This document shows, piece by piece, positions 19,428-28,755 of a stretch of DNA of 64,000 bases. Each line of letters begins with the position of its first letter. Position 1 is the first letter of the stretch. Both the position numbers and the translations under genes were made by a program. Source of the DNA: an uncultured Methanosarcinales archaeon (lineage in GTDB: Archaea; Nanobdellota; Nanobdellia; Woesearchaeales; CAZYIM01); the NCBI GenBank assembly GCA_964647565.1, contig CAZYIM010000001.1, positions 84,184 through 148,183 of the forward strand, written 5' to 3'. The notes beneath the pieces were generated by a model. It ran no database searches and was not told where the DNA came from. It saw nothing but the letters and a program-made list of their open reading frames with translations.

Positions 19428-19797
19428 GACCAAAAAAGAAGTTTTTGTCCGATTTGATGAAGAAGCCTATAATGAGTATAAAAAACTCAAGGAGGCAGTT
19501 TCAAGGGGAGAAAAGTCTAGGCAAGAGCCAACATATGAACAGCTTCTTAATTCAATTAACAAGGCAATAATAAACCTTAAGATTAATCCCCATTCAGGGG
19601 ATTTGATACCAAGAAAATATATACCCAAAAGAACTGTGAAAATATATGGAACCGATAAAATATTCAAGGTTAACCTTGTCGGTTATTGGAGGTTATTATA
19701 CACTCTCATCGGTTCAGAATTAAGGATAATTGCATTTATTCTCGAATATATGGATCATTCTAAATATAATAAATTGTTTGGTTATAAGAAAAAGTAA
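19417..19797 (+). CDS. RelE/ParE-like toxin
   Basis: LKINPHSGD...IFKVNL.GYWRLLYT...DHSKYNKLFGY. Confidence 0.7.
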   Translation: MSFKTKKEVFVRFDEEAYNEYKKLKEAVSRGEKSRQEPTYEQLLNSINKAIINLKINPHSGDLIPRKYIPKRTVKIYGTDKIFKVNLVGYWRLLYTLIGSELRIIAFILEYMDHSKYNKLFGYKKK

Positions 19798-20481
19798 TCA
19801 TTTCCTGTTCAAGATTATTATATTACCCTTGCCTTTCTTAATCTTATGGAGATAGTTCTTGTCCTCTAGATCTGCAATGATCAGGCTGATCTTGGCTTCT
19901 GATTGTGGGAAGTTTTTTCTTATCTCTTTTTGTGTTGTCCGGCCGCCCTCTTTCTTGATGTACATCAATACCTTCTGGCTTTCCTCGTCTAACTGCCAGA
20001 ACTTGTTTATCCTTTTCCTTTGCTTCTTGATTAGGACAATCAGGATAATAATGCCTATGATCAGGGCTGCAAGCACTATGCCTAATACAGTAAAGTTAAA
20101 GCCCTTCTCAGAATATGTCACATCAGGGATGACAACATCCTCATCAAGGAGTTCATCACTATCAGAAATATCTGGAAACAATATCATGTCAAGCACATAG
20201 TCGCCGTCATCAAGTATAGAGAATTCCTGTTCATCAACATATACTGTTCCCTTATCATTATAAGCAGCCCTTATATAATAGGTGCCGGGCGAGAGTGTGA
20301 ATGTGAAAGTGCCGTCTTTTGAGACAAAAGTCTGTTCTGGTGTCGAGTTGATAGTCAATACAGTATTAGGCAAAAGGTCAAGGCTGGAATCGTAGATTGA
20401 ACCTGTAACTGTTGCTGCAGAGACATAGGATGAAATTACCAATAGAAAAATTAGCATGAAAATAGTGATTCTCTTTAGCAT
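19798..20481 (-). CDS. Membrane-anchored wHTH regulator (signal peptide, Ig/carboxypeptidase-regulatory-like domain, TM, C-terminal HTH)
   Basis: Signal peptide, G.F.F.L.PG.Y, TM helix, GGRTTQKEIR...SEAKISLII.DLE. Confidence 0.75.
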   Translation of the reverse strand: MLKRITIFMLIFLLVISSYVSAATVTGSIYDSSLDLLPNTVLTINSTPEQTFVSKDGTFTFTLSPGTYYIRAAYNDKGTVYVDEQEFSILDDGDYVLDMILFPDISDSDELLDEDVVIPDVTYSEKGFNFTVLGIVLAALIIGIIILIVLIKKQRKRINKFWQLDEESQKVLMYIKKEGGRTTQKEIRKNFPQSEAKISLIIADLEDKNYLHKIKKGKGNIIILNRK

Positions 20482-20668
20482 GCTCTTATTTCGGATATCA
20501 AGTTTAAAAATTTTACTGTAAAGTAAAAGAAGGTCAAATAAAGCTTTGTAAAGGGTAATAAAGTATTTTTCGCTTCTAATTTGGTCAGTTATGTAAGTTT
20601 ATTTATAAACAACCTTTGCAATCTAATGCTTAAATGATTTGGAAAAAGATAACAAAAGGTGATAAGCG

Positions 20669-22309
20669 ATGAAAAAAATATATGTATATTTTGTTTTGGC
20701 ATTGCTGGTTATGGCGATGATACCAGCAACAATAGCCCAAACAAATGATAATGCGCCAACCCCCCGGGCCGTCAGGGCACATAATGTTAATGCCAGACAG
20801 GCTGTTGAAGGCCAAAGGCCTGACGCCCCGCCAAGAGCAACCCCTGCAAGAAATATAGCCCAGCAAGGTATTGCAAACAGGCTTAGGGTTTGCCACGATT
20901 TTCTGAAAAAGAATGATCTGGCAGAGAAACCAATCGAGGCATGTAAAAAGATTCTTGACAAAGAGTTGGATTGTGTTGAGTTCCTTACAGATAAGGGTGT
21001 TGATGAACCCGTTGCTAAATGCGACAGGTTGTTTGCAGCAGGTGCAAAGATGATAAAAGCAAGATCACATCTTAGTCCAGCTGTGACAAATGCATTAAAA
21101 GAGAATAAGCTGAAAAATCTAGATAGGTTTGTTGATGCACATCCTGAAGTAGAGGAATTTGTCCAAAGCCTGGAACCTGAAATGGCTGAATTGTTTGCAC
21201 ACCTACCTAGAGGCATCCAAATAAAAATAGCAGATTCAGACACTCCGTTAGAAGATCTGTCCAAATATGAACTGCATACTGTAGCTCAAGGACAGTTATT
21301 CAAGGCCAGAAAAATCGGCGCAGGTGTTTTGGCTAATGCAAAAGCTGCATTCAACAATGCAAAAGAAGGCTATAACCAAGCCAACAATATATATAATGAG
21401 AAAAAAGAAAATTTTCTCAAAGTCAAGAATCAACTTGAGGCTTGCAAGGGTCAGGATACAGAAGAATGTGTCAACCTCAGAAACAAGGCAATGGAAAATG
21501 CCCAGGCATTTGTCGCTAAGACAGGTGAGATGGCCATAAAGCATCTTGAGAAGATCAAGAGCAAGGCAGAAGGCGCTGAGAATCTTGACCAGGAAAAAGT
21601 TGACGAAATAATCGCAGATGTAGATGCTGCAATTGAAGAGCTTCAGGCCGCGATAGATGAAGTCAACGCAGCCACAACAAAAGAAGAAGTCCAGGCTGCA
21701 GCAAAAAAGATTGATGAAATCTGGAATAGGATACGGCACAAGGGAAAGCTGGCCGCTGCCAGGATTGTCAATGCAGCTGTCGGTGAGATCATTGACAGGA
21801 GCGAACATCTTGAGTCCAAGCTTGACTGCACTTTGGCTGCCATGGAAGAGCAGGGCATTGATGTCAATGCAATTGACCTTTTGGTCGAGGATTTTTCCAT
21901 GAAGATACAGGATGCCAATGAGAAATATGACCTTGCACAGGAATACTTTGAACAGGCAGAAGATCTTAAGACAGAGAATCCTGATGAGACTGAAATCCAG
22001 GAAGTGATGAAGCTGGTCAACAGAGGCAGAGAGCTTATGCGACAGGCACATACAGATCTTAAGGATGCACACCAGGTGCTCAGGCATATCCTAAGAGAGA
22101 TAAGGGCCAATGGAGGCAATATCGAAGCCTGTGAAGAAGAAGGCGAAGAGGAACTTGTTGTTGAAGAGTTGGATGATGACTCCGAAGAAGAGGAAGAAGA
22201 GACTGAAGACGATGACACAGAAGACGAAGATGAAAATGATGAAGAAGAGGAAGACGAAGAAGACAATGACAACGACGAAGATGATGGAGACAACGAGACC
22301 AGCAGCTAG
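20669..22309 (+). CDS. Secreted coiled-coil protein with long acidic tail
   Basis: N-terminal signal peptide, Cys pairs, long Ala/Glu/Lys helical region, ~55-aa D/E tail. Confidence 0.75.
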   Translation: MKKIYVYFVLALLVMAMIPATIAQTNDNAPTPRAVRAHNVNARQAVEGQRPDAPPRATPARNIAQQGIANRLRVCHDFLKKNDLAEKPIEACKKILDKELDCVEFLTDKGVDEPVAKCDRLFAAGAKMIKARSHLSPAVTNALKENKLKNLDRFVDAHPEVEEFVQSLEPEMAELFAHLPRGIQIKIADSDTPLEDLSKYELHTVAQGQLFKARKIGAGVLANAKAAFNNAKEGYNQANNIYNEKKENFLKVKNQLEACKGQDTEECVNLRNKAMENAQAFVAKTGEMAIKHLEKIKSKAEGAENLDQEKVDEIIADVDAAIEELQAAIDEVNAATTKEEVQAAAKKIDEIWNRIRHKGKLAAARIVNAAVGEIIDRSEHLESKLDCTLAAMEEQGIDVNAIDLLVEDFSMKIQDANEKYDLAQEYFEQAEDLKTENPDETEIQEVMKLVNRGRELMRQAHTDLKDAHQVLRHILREIRANGGNIEACEEEGEEELVVEELDDDSEEEEEETEDDDTEDEDENDEEEEDEEDNDNDEDDGDNETSS

Positions 22310-22333
22310 TGTTGCTGAAGAGAGGTGTATAAA

Positions 22334-22573
22334 ATGCAAAAAGCAACACTATTGGTAATAATTGCACTTGCTGCAATGCTGTTAGTCACTGCCTGTGCCA
22401 AGACAACAGAAGAGATTGGTGAAGATGACACTGGTGCTAAGGATGCTGGAGAGGATGATTCAATCAACCTTGAAAATGCCGGCAATCCTGATGACATCGA
22501 CGCCATAAGCAATGAGCTGGAAGACGAAGAACTGGACGAGATAACAGGTGAGATTGCTAACATCGACTGGTAA
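22334..22573 (+). CDS. Small acidic lipoprotein
   Basis: SD GAGGTG; hydrophobic N-terminus ending LLVTAC (lipobox-like). Confidence 0.7.
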   Translation: MQKATLLVIIALAAMLLVTACAKTTEEIGEDDTGAKDAGEDDSINLENAGNPDDIDAISNELEDEELDEITGEIANIDW

Positions 22574-22648
22574 TAATTATTTTTTATTTTTTTTAATTTT
22601 TTTCTTAATCAAAAGTTTTTTAACCATATCCTGCTTCTTAACACTCAC

Positions 22649-22744
22649 GCCAAGGTCGCATAATCCGGTATTGCGGCGGTCTCGAACAATCTTTCGAGCT
22701 AACCGCTCCCTTGGGGATTCTCGGTTCGAATCCGAGCCTTGGCG
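22649..22744 (+). tRNA. tRNA-Ser(CGA) with 14-nt intron (22687-22700) at position 37/38
   Basis: Acceptor GCCAAGG/CCTTGGC plus G73; anticodon stem GCGGT/ACCGC, anticodon CGA 22683-22685; long variable arm; T-loop TTCGAAT; BHB with CTCG/CGAG central helix; CCA not encoded. Confidence 0.93.
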
Positions 22745-22805
22745 TAACGAAGTGAAGTCAAGCTCGGGCCCAGCAACTCTGTTGCTCGTGTCCGAGCCTT
22801 GGCGT
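22731..22805 (+). repeat. 15-bp direct repeat of tRNA 3' end
   Basis: TCCGAGCCTTGGCGT at 22731-22745 and 22791-22805. Confidence 0.85.
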
Positions 22806-22954
22806 TTTTTCTTCGAAAAAACTTAAGTCCTGATTCGAACATCTTCGCAAAACAAGTTTTACTTGAGTTACTCGAGCTAAGGAGCAAAGGTAAGAAATTC
22901 CTCAAGAAGTACAAGGTCATAAGGAAGTTTGTCGACAGTTTCAGGGTATAAATT

Positions 22955-23899
22955 CTAGAAATCTGTTGTCCTTGTCAGCATGAATTGAGTATCTTTATTT
23001 CCACCTGTCAGCCAGAGATAGTCATTGATGCCCATCTGGGTTGCTTGGATGTTATATAGCTCTTCTGCAATATATTTTACTGCCCAGATCGTGTTTGCTC
23101 TTATCTCATTGACATATATACCCCTGGTCGCTAATACCACTCTGTTTTCTATCTTTTCTTCCAGCTCAGGGCTGTATTCCAATATTTTCTTTTCATATAA
23201 CTCTTTTGGCACAATATAATCTGCAAGAGCAGTAAGTCGGTCAATATTAGTAAGTTTTCTTAGGAATGAGTGCGTGCTCTGGACCAGAGCCTGTGCTCTT
23301 TTCTGGAAATAGATGGTCTTTTCTTTATATTGTGCTGTGTCTGAAAATGATGGAAACTCTTCTGTGATTATATCAAGGAGATCAACTGCATCATCATTTG
23401 AAGCTGCCACCACATCCCTAAAATCACCATCATATTTATCCTTTAATGATGAACCGACTGATTGCAAGATTTCCAGTCTCTCTTTAAATAAAGGTATTTG
23501 TCTGTTTGCCCTAAGCATTATTCCTAGATCATCTTTTGATATTGAGGATTGATAATCCGCATCAAGGATAGGCAAACCTTCTTCTCTTGCTCTTAGGATT
23601 GAAGCAACCAGGCTCCATGAACCTCGTTTAAAAGTTTGGTTCTGATAATGTACCTGCCAATAGGGAGTTCCCCAGTACGAGAAGCTGAGTGCATTGAAGA
23701 GCAAGACAAAGTTAGCTTTCTCTTTTTCATCCAAAACTTTCAGGTCAAATGGCGTGTTTTCCAGCCAGTTCAAGGATATGTTATCAATCGATTCAATATT
23801 ATCACAGAATTTTTTTATCTGGCCTTGGTTTATCTTGACATGTTCAGAATTATCCACAACATATCTGGTGCTTTTTAGGATCTTTTCTATCTGGATCAT
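22955..23899 (-). CDS. Queuosine salvage family protein (QNG1/DUF2419-like)
   Basis: FNALSFSYW, F.KRAQ, LTALADY.VP, L.YSPEL, EIRA, YLW, TRT. Confidence 0.8.
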   Translation of the reverse strand: MIQIEKILKSTRYVVDNSEHVKINQGQIKKFCDNIESIDNISLNWLENTPFDLKVLDEKEKANFVLLFNALSFSYWGTPYWQVHYQNQTFKRGSWSLVASILRAREEGLPILDADYQSSISKDDLGIMLRANRQIPLFKERLEILQSVGSSLKDKYDGDFRDVVAASNDDAVDLLDIITEEFPSFSDTAQYKEKTIYFQKRAQALVQSTHSFLRKLTNIDRLTALADYIVPKELYEKKILEYSPELEEKIENRVVLATRGIYVNEIRANTIWAVKYIAEELYNIQATQMGINDYLWLTGGNKDTQFMLTRTTDF

Positions 23900-24564
23900 G
23901 CAACCACCTTTGCATATATAGCTATGTTATGCTGTACCTTTGAACTTGAAACCTCAGTTGAGAGATTCGCATCTCCAAGTTCACAGAATATTTCTCTTGC
24001 TGTTTGGAGATTGGAAAACTGGAAATAGGTCTGGATGATCGAGACTTTTGAGAAATGATTTGATAGAAGCCAGTCCTGGATCTCCTCATTTGATGTGTTA
24101 TTCTTGATTATCTGTTCAAACTCGCAACCACCATTGTTTTCGATAACATAAATAGGATTCCCTTTCCTGATGACACGCTCTGCTTCAGAAAATGCCTGAT
24201 TCCTTGTTTCAAGATCAGAGATTGCCCCAAAAGCCCAGGCTGCCAGGACAATATCTACAGATTGATTGGGCAGAGGCATATCCTGAGCTGATGAGCAAAA
24301 GAATTTGGTGTTTTGACAAAGCTTTTCTCGGGCTATCTTCAGTTGTTCTGTCGCGATGTCCAATCCATAATAACATTTTGATACGGGTGCCAGTAATTGA
24401 GCGTATTTGCCAGTGCCACAGCCAAGATCAAGAACAATCTTATCCTCGATTTTTGGCTTAATGTATTTGGCGATCAACTCGGGATAGTCTTCAGCCTGGC
24501 TAAATGAATCATATATTATGGATTTTTCATAATAGGCTTCAGATATTGATTTGTAATCACTCAT
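23896..24564 (-). CDS. Class I SAM-dependent methyltransferase
   Basis: VLDLGCGTG, GLDIA, MPLP.QSVD; ATGA overlap with QNG1-like gene. Confidence 0.88.
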   Translation of the reverse strand: MSDYKSISEAYYEKSIIYDSFSQAEDYPELIAKYIKPKIEDKIVLDLGCGTGKYAQLLAPVSKCYYGLDIATEQLKIAREKLCQNTKFFCSSAQDMPLPNQSVDIVLAAWAFGAISDLETRNQAFSEAERVIRKGNPIYVIENNGGCEFEQIIKNNTSNEEIQDWLLSNHFSKVSIIQTYFQFSNLQTAREIFCELGDANLSTEVSSSKVQHNIAIYAKVVA

Positions 24565-24657
24565 AAATAGTTAAATAATTTTATTTGTTTATTAAATTAT
24601 GCATCAATATTTCCACAATAATAAAGTTTATAAAGCCAGAAAGTTTATTATTATGTA

Positions 24658-25602
24658 ATGATAGATAAAATTGACAAAAAAATACTTTTGGCGCTGATCA
24701 CGGACTCAAGAACTCCAATCAGCACGATTGCCAAGAAAGCAAACATCTCAAGGGATGTAACCAATTATAGAATTAACAGGATGCTAAAACAAGGCATCAT
24801 CAGGGATTTCATAACTATAATAGACACCCAAAAACTAGGCTACACATCTGCTTTGTTCTTTGTGTCAATCAATGCTAAAGTTGAAAGGGAGTTTATAGAA
24901 TACATCAACCATCTCGACTTCGTCTCATGGGCAGGCACACATCTGGGCTTCTGGAACATGGGAATGGCCATATATGGTAAGAACAATGATGAAGTTGAGA
25001 AAAGGTTCCAGATCATACTCAAGAAATTCAAGGAACATATCATCAACCATCGATTTGCATTCTATAAGAATACAAAGTTCTTTACAGAAAAGTATTTTGG
25101 CGCTAGTGTTTCAAGGCTTGCCCCTAAAGTTAAGGTTGAAGAATACAAGATAGATAAATATGACAAGATAATACTGAAAAATTTATCAAAGAACGCAAGA
25201 GTGTCAAGTGTGGAGCTTTCAAAACAGATTCCGCTTACTGCTCCCGCAATTAGCCAGAGGATCTCAAAGCTCAAGAAAAGTGGATACATACTTCAGTTTT
25301 CAGCATACATCAATGTTTTCAAGATAGGCATGTACCAGTTCATATTCTTCATCACCAACAGGAAATTAGACGATAGGAGAAAACTGTATGAATTCCTGGA
25401 GTTCCATCCTAAAGTTCCCTTGTTGCTTGACTATGTTGGAGATCCATTCATCGAATTCGGCATATTTGCCCAAGATCCATACGAAGCAAGGGCAAGCCTA
25501 CAGGAGATTAAAGAGATGTTCCCTGACAGCCAGCTGGTTGATTTCTTCATGTCACAGGAGGACTTTATATCCTATGGAGCTCCTGATTGTGTCTTTGAAT
25601 AA
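24658..25602 (+). CDS. Tandem (double) Lrp/AsnC family regulator
   Basis: Two HTH-AsnC units: DKIDKKIL...DSRTP and DKYDKIIL...NARVS. Confidence 0.85.
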   Translation: MIDKIDKKILLALITDSRTPISTIAKKANISRDVTNYRINRMLKQGIIRDFITIIDTQKLGYTSALFFVSINAKVEREFIEYINHLDFVSWAGTHLGFWNMGMAIYGKNNDEVEKRFQIILKKFKEHIINHRFAFYKNTKFFTEKYFGASVSRLAPKVKVEEYKIDKYDKIILKNLSKNARVSSVELSKQIPLTAPAISQRISKLKKSGYILQFSAYINVFKIGMYQFIFFITNRKLDDRRKLYEFLEFHPKVPLLLDYVGDPFIEFGIFAQDPYEARASLQEIKEMFPDSQLVDFFMSQEDFISYGAPDCVFE

Positions 25603-25604
25603 AA

Positions 25605-26345
25605 ATGTACAAAACAAAAAGTATTGATGGCGAAGAGCTGCAATATCTGCACAAAGGAAAAGGAGATAAGGTAGTTTTCCTGCATAGTTTTGGCTGTCCT
25701 CCGCACGAGTATAGGCTTCTTGATCTATTGGCAGAAGATCATGAACTGATTGCGCCTAAAATGTACAGCATGAACTATCTTAAAAAGCAGCCCACAACTC
25801 TAAAGGGTTATACAGATCTTACAAGGAAATTCATTGAGAGTTTTAGCTGGAAAGAATATCACATAGTCGGCCATTCAACAGGCGGCACAGTGGCCTATCT
25901 GTTGGCAGATGAAAAAGCTATTGATGTTGCAGGATTGGATCCGCTAATGCCTGTCGATTATGGATTGTTCCAATTTGCTTTGAGAGGCACTCTTCTTGGC
26001 TTAAGGGAAATGTCAGGCATCGCAGCAGGATGGAAGAGCGTGAAATTCACCAACAAGCTGGCCTTGCCTCTGGTTGTGGATTTGTTTCGAAACCTGCCTG
26101 CAACTCTAAAAGTAACCAAGGATATCTGCAGGTTTAATTATTCTAATCTAAATGTTAAGAAAAAAGCAGTATTATTGATGGGAGCGCATGATGAATACTT
26201 CAAGGTCACTGAAAAAAGCAAGACACAGCTGAAGCAATCATTCAAGCAAATCGAAATAAAGATCCTGAAGGGAAAGAACCATGACTGGCCTATCTTTTAT
26301 CCTAAGATGGCAAAAAAAGAATTGAAACAATTCTGGAAAAAGTAA
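25605..26345 (+). CDS. Alpha/beta hydrolase
   Basis: FLHSFG, GHSTGG nucleophile elbow, G..D, H.W. Confidence 0.85.
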   Translation: MYKTKSIDGEELQYLHKGKGDKVVFLHSFGCPPHEYRLLDLLAEDHELIAPKMYSMNYLKKQPTTLKGYTDLTRKFIESFSWKEYHIVGHSTGGTVAYLLADEKAIDVAGLDPLMPVDYGLFQFALRGTLLGLREMSGIAAGWKSVKFTNKLALPLVVDLFRNLPATLKVTKDICRFNYSNLNVKKKAVLLMGAHDEYFKVTEKSKTQLKQSFKQIEIKILKGKNHDWPIFYPKMAKKELKQFWKK

Positions 26346-26418
26346 TCATCCAGTCAAAGCCAGGGCATTAATTTCTTTAATCGAAATATTTATAAGCTTA
26401 AGTACATTTTTATACCTT

Positions 26419-27033
26419 ATGGTAAATTATTATACCTACTTGGAAATTTATCTAGATAATCTAGATAAGCATGTGAACCTTAATGAGTTTGAAAAACATT
26501 TCAAGAGACCTCATCAGACAATAAAGAGATATTTGGACAATCTTGTAAAGAACAAGATCCTTTTAGAAGAGAAAAAAGCCAGGTTTAGGTTCTATACGCT
26601 TAACAAAGAAAACCAGCTCATCTTTGAATACATCTCAATCTGCGAGAAACAGAGATTGTTCAGGCTATTGGAAAAACCTCTTTTAAGAAGGCTTTATGAT
26701 TTCTTAACTCCCCATTTGGCAAATAATAAAATATTAGTATTCGGCTCATCGCTGACCAAGAAAAGCTTCAGCGATATAGACTTGTTGATCCTATCTGACG
26801 ATGCAGAGATTCTTGAAACACTCGATAAGTTCCAAAAAACGTATTCTGTAGAAATTCATGCTATCCAAACATCTTCCGAAAATCTTGGCCAAGCTTTTAT
26901 TAAGGAGATTATCCAAAATCATGTCATCCTAAATAGGCATGATTATTTCGTGAAACTTTTGTACAAGAATGACATCCAAAATTCACTGGTGCATCCAAAA
27001 GAAGAGAGGAATCAAGTTTATCGAGCCAAATGA
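26419..27033 (+). CDS. wHTH + minimal nucleotidyltransferase (MNT)
   Basis: N-terminal HTH; VFGS.....SDIDLLI. Confidence 0.8.
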   Translation: MVNYYTYLEIYLDNLDKHVNLNEFEKHFKRPHQTIKRYLDNLVKNKILLEEKKARFRFYTLNKENQLIFEYISICEKQRLFRLLEKPLLRRLYDFLTPHLANNKILVFGSSLTKKSFSDIDLLILSDDAEILETLDKFQKTYSVEIHAIQTSSENLGQAFIKEIIQNHVILNRHDYFVKLLYKNDIQNSLVHPKEERNQVYRAK

Positions 27034-27439
27034 CAATCTATCTGAGGAGTATTATTCAACAGCAGAAGAGACTTTAAGGATCGCTAATCAGATAAAAGAC
27101 AGCGGATCAAATATGTGGTTAGCCACACAAAAATATTATACAGAATATTTCGCTGCTTATGCGCTTCTAATGAAGATCGGCATAAAATCCGAGATGCATA
27201 GCTGCACAATAGAAGTTATTAAACTCCTGGAAGAAGAGAAACTAGTTGATTTTGATTTTACATCTATTTTAAACAAAGATAAGCAATTGCGAATAGACAA
27301 CCAATATTATCTTAAGAACAGATCAGTTGAGCTTGATTCAAAAAAGCTTGCTGAATTACTGCTAAGGATCAGAAAAGTGCTTGATGAGATAGATATGGAA
27401 ATAATAAAAAAATTAAGGAAAAAGATAAATATGCTATAG
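26969..27439 (+). CDS. HEPN-domain protein
   Basis: YYTEYF...GIKSEMHSCTI...RIDNQYY; follows MNT. Confidence 0.75.
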   Translation: MTSKIHWCIQKKRGIKFIEPNDNLSEEYYSTAEETLRIANQIKDSGSNMWLATQKYYTEYFAAYALLMKIGIKSEMHSCTIEVIKLLEEEKLVDFDFTSILNKDKQLRIDNQYYLKNRSVELDSKKLAELLLRIRKVLDEIDMEIIKKLRKKINML

Positions 27440-27524
27440 AATTCTTATGTAACTAATTTTTTAAACAATTAGTAATCTTTGCAAAAGTGAATGATAAGTC
27501 TGTGTTCCGCAAGTGAGCTATTCT

Positions 27525-27887
27525 TCAGTATTGCTCAAAATTATAATCTTGATCCAAAAGACTCTGCTGCTGGCAAAACCCGCATTCTACTTTAGGCAAA
27601 TCACTTTCGGCATGCCGCATTTCCTGCTCGAGATGTTCTCCAACATAAGTCCATTCACACTTTTTTGTGAAAGCGTCGCACATAAGCGCCATCGGAGGAT
27701 GATTATCATCATAAGCAAACATCCGCGGAGTTCCTCCATGTCTTGCCACAATTAGCTGGCCATCGTAATCAGTCATTCGCATGACACTGGAATTTTCTGG
27801 AGGCAATGGTGTGGAAGCTATAATTTTATCTAAATTACTCATATTGATTAATTCTATATTTAGTAATGGTTGTTTTGGTTTTTTCAT
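27525..27887 (-). CDS. Hypothetical protein
   Basis: SD GAGGGG upstream; C-terminal CGFC. Confidence 0.55.
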   Translation of the reverse strand: MKKPKQPLLNIELINMSNLDKIIASTPLPPENSSVMRMTDYDGQLIVARHGGTPRMFAYDDNHPPMALMCDAFTKKCEWTYVGEHLEQEMRHAESDLPKVECGFCQQQSLLDQDYNFEQY

Positions 27888-28002
27888 AGTATATCCCCTC
27901 TTTAATTGAGAATAATGTAAAAATAACCGCCTCTGTTATAAGGGTTTGTGGTGCTACCCAATCACCACAAGTTTTTTATATGAAAACAACATTTCATATA
28001 TT

Positions 28003-28746
28003 ATGTCGCTGGAATCCTTACAGGCACTAGGCTTGACTGCAAACGAGAGCAATATATATCTTTGCCTATTGAAAAGGGGAAGTAGTCTGGCAGGAGAGAT
28101 TACAGAAAAATCAGGCATACACAGAAGAAATGTATATGATTCCCTGGAGCGGCTTATCCAAAAAGGCCTGGTCAGCTTTGTTGTAATCAACAAGAGGAAA
28201 TATTTCTCTGCAACTGATCCAAAAAGATTCTTAGGTATTATCGGGGAACAGGAATTGGCGCTCGAAAGGCAGAGACAAGAAGTTCAAAAAATGATTCCTC
28301 AGCTTATCCAACAAAAAGACAGCGAAAAGTTACTGCAGGATGTTCATTTTTTCAGAGGGGTTGAAGGATTAAAATCGCTATATGAAGAGATACTGCAAAC
28401 AGGAAAAGACTATTTCGGCTATGGTCCAGGAGACCGGCTTGAAAAGATTCTCAGGTTCTATTTTGACCATTTCCAGACCAGGAGAAAAGCAAGCAGAATA
28501 CATGCACGATTAATTTATGGCGAAAAAGCAAGAGGAAAAAAATACAGTGCAACCAACCAGCTCAACAATATAAGATTCCTGCCAGAGGAATACTCCAGTC
28601 ATGCAGCGCTTAGGATATTCGGCGACCATGTAGCCATACTATTGCTTGAGGAAGACCAGCCCCTGGCCATTGTAATCAAGAACAGGCAGATAGCACTGGG
28701 CTACAAAAAATACTTCGAAGTCATATGGCAAACAGCCAGGGAGTGA
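28003..28746 (+). CDS. TrmB family transcriptional regulator
   Basis: LGLT.NE..IYL.LL..G, HRRNVYDSL..LIQKGLV, F.GVEG, YFE..W. Confidence 0.88.
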   Translation: MSLESLQALGLTANESNIYLCLLKRGSSLAGEITEKSGIHRRNVYDSLERLIQKGLVSFVVINKRKYFSATDPKRFLGIIGEQELALERQRQEVQKMIPQLIQQKDSEKLLQDVHFFRGVEGLKSLYEEILQTGKDYFGYGPGDRLEKILRFYFDHFQTRRKASRIHARLIYGEKARGKKYSATNQLNNIRFLPEEYSSHAALRIFGDHVAILLLEEDQPLAIVIKNRQIALGYKKYFEVIWQTARE

Positions 28747-28755
28747 GGGCTATTT

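Noticed and set aside
21296..22376. Long antisense ORFs (263 aa, 216 aa, poly-Ser)
   Set aside because: Shadows of the low-complexity acidic/coiled-coil gene on the plus strand
22548..22920. ORFs 22548-22826 (+) and 22699-22920 (-)
   Set aside because: Overlap the tRNA and hairpin repeats; no protein-like features
22799..22951. Short frame reading DSNIFAKQVLLELLELRSKGKKFLKKYKVIRKFVDSFRV (PIN-like start?)
   Set aside because: No convincing start or promoter; too short to assign, at most a remnant
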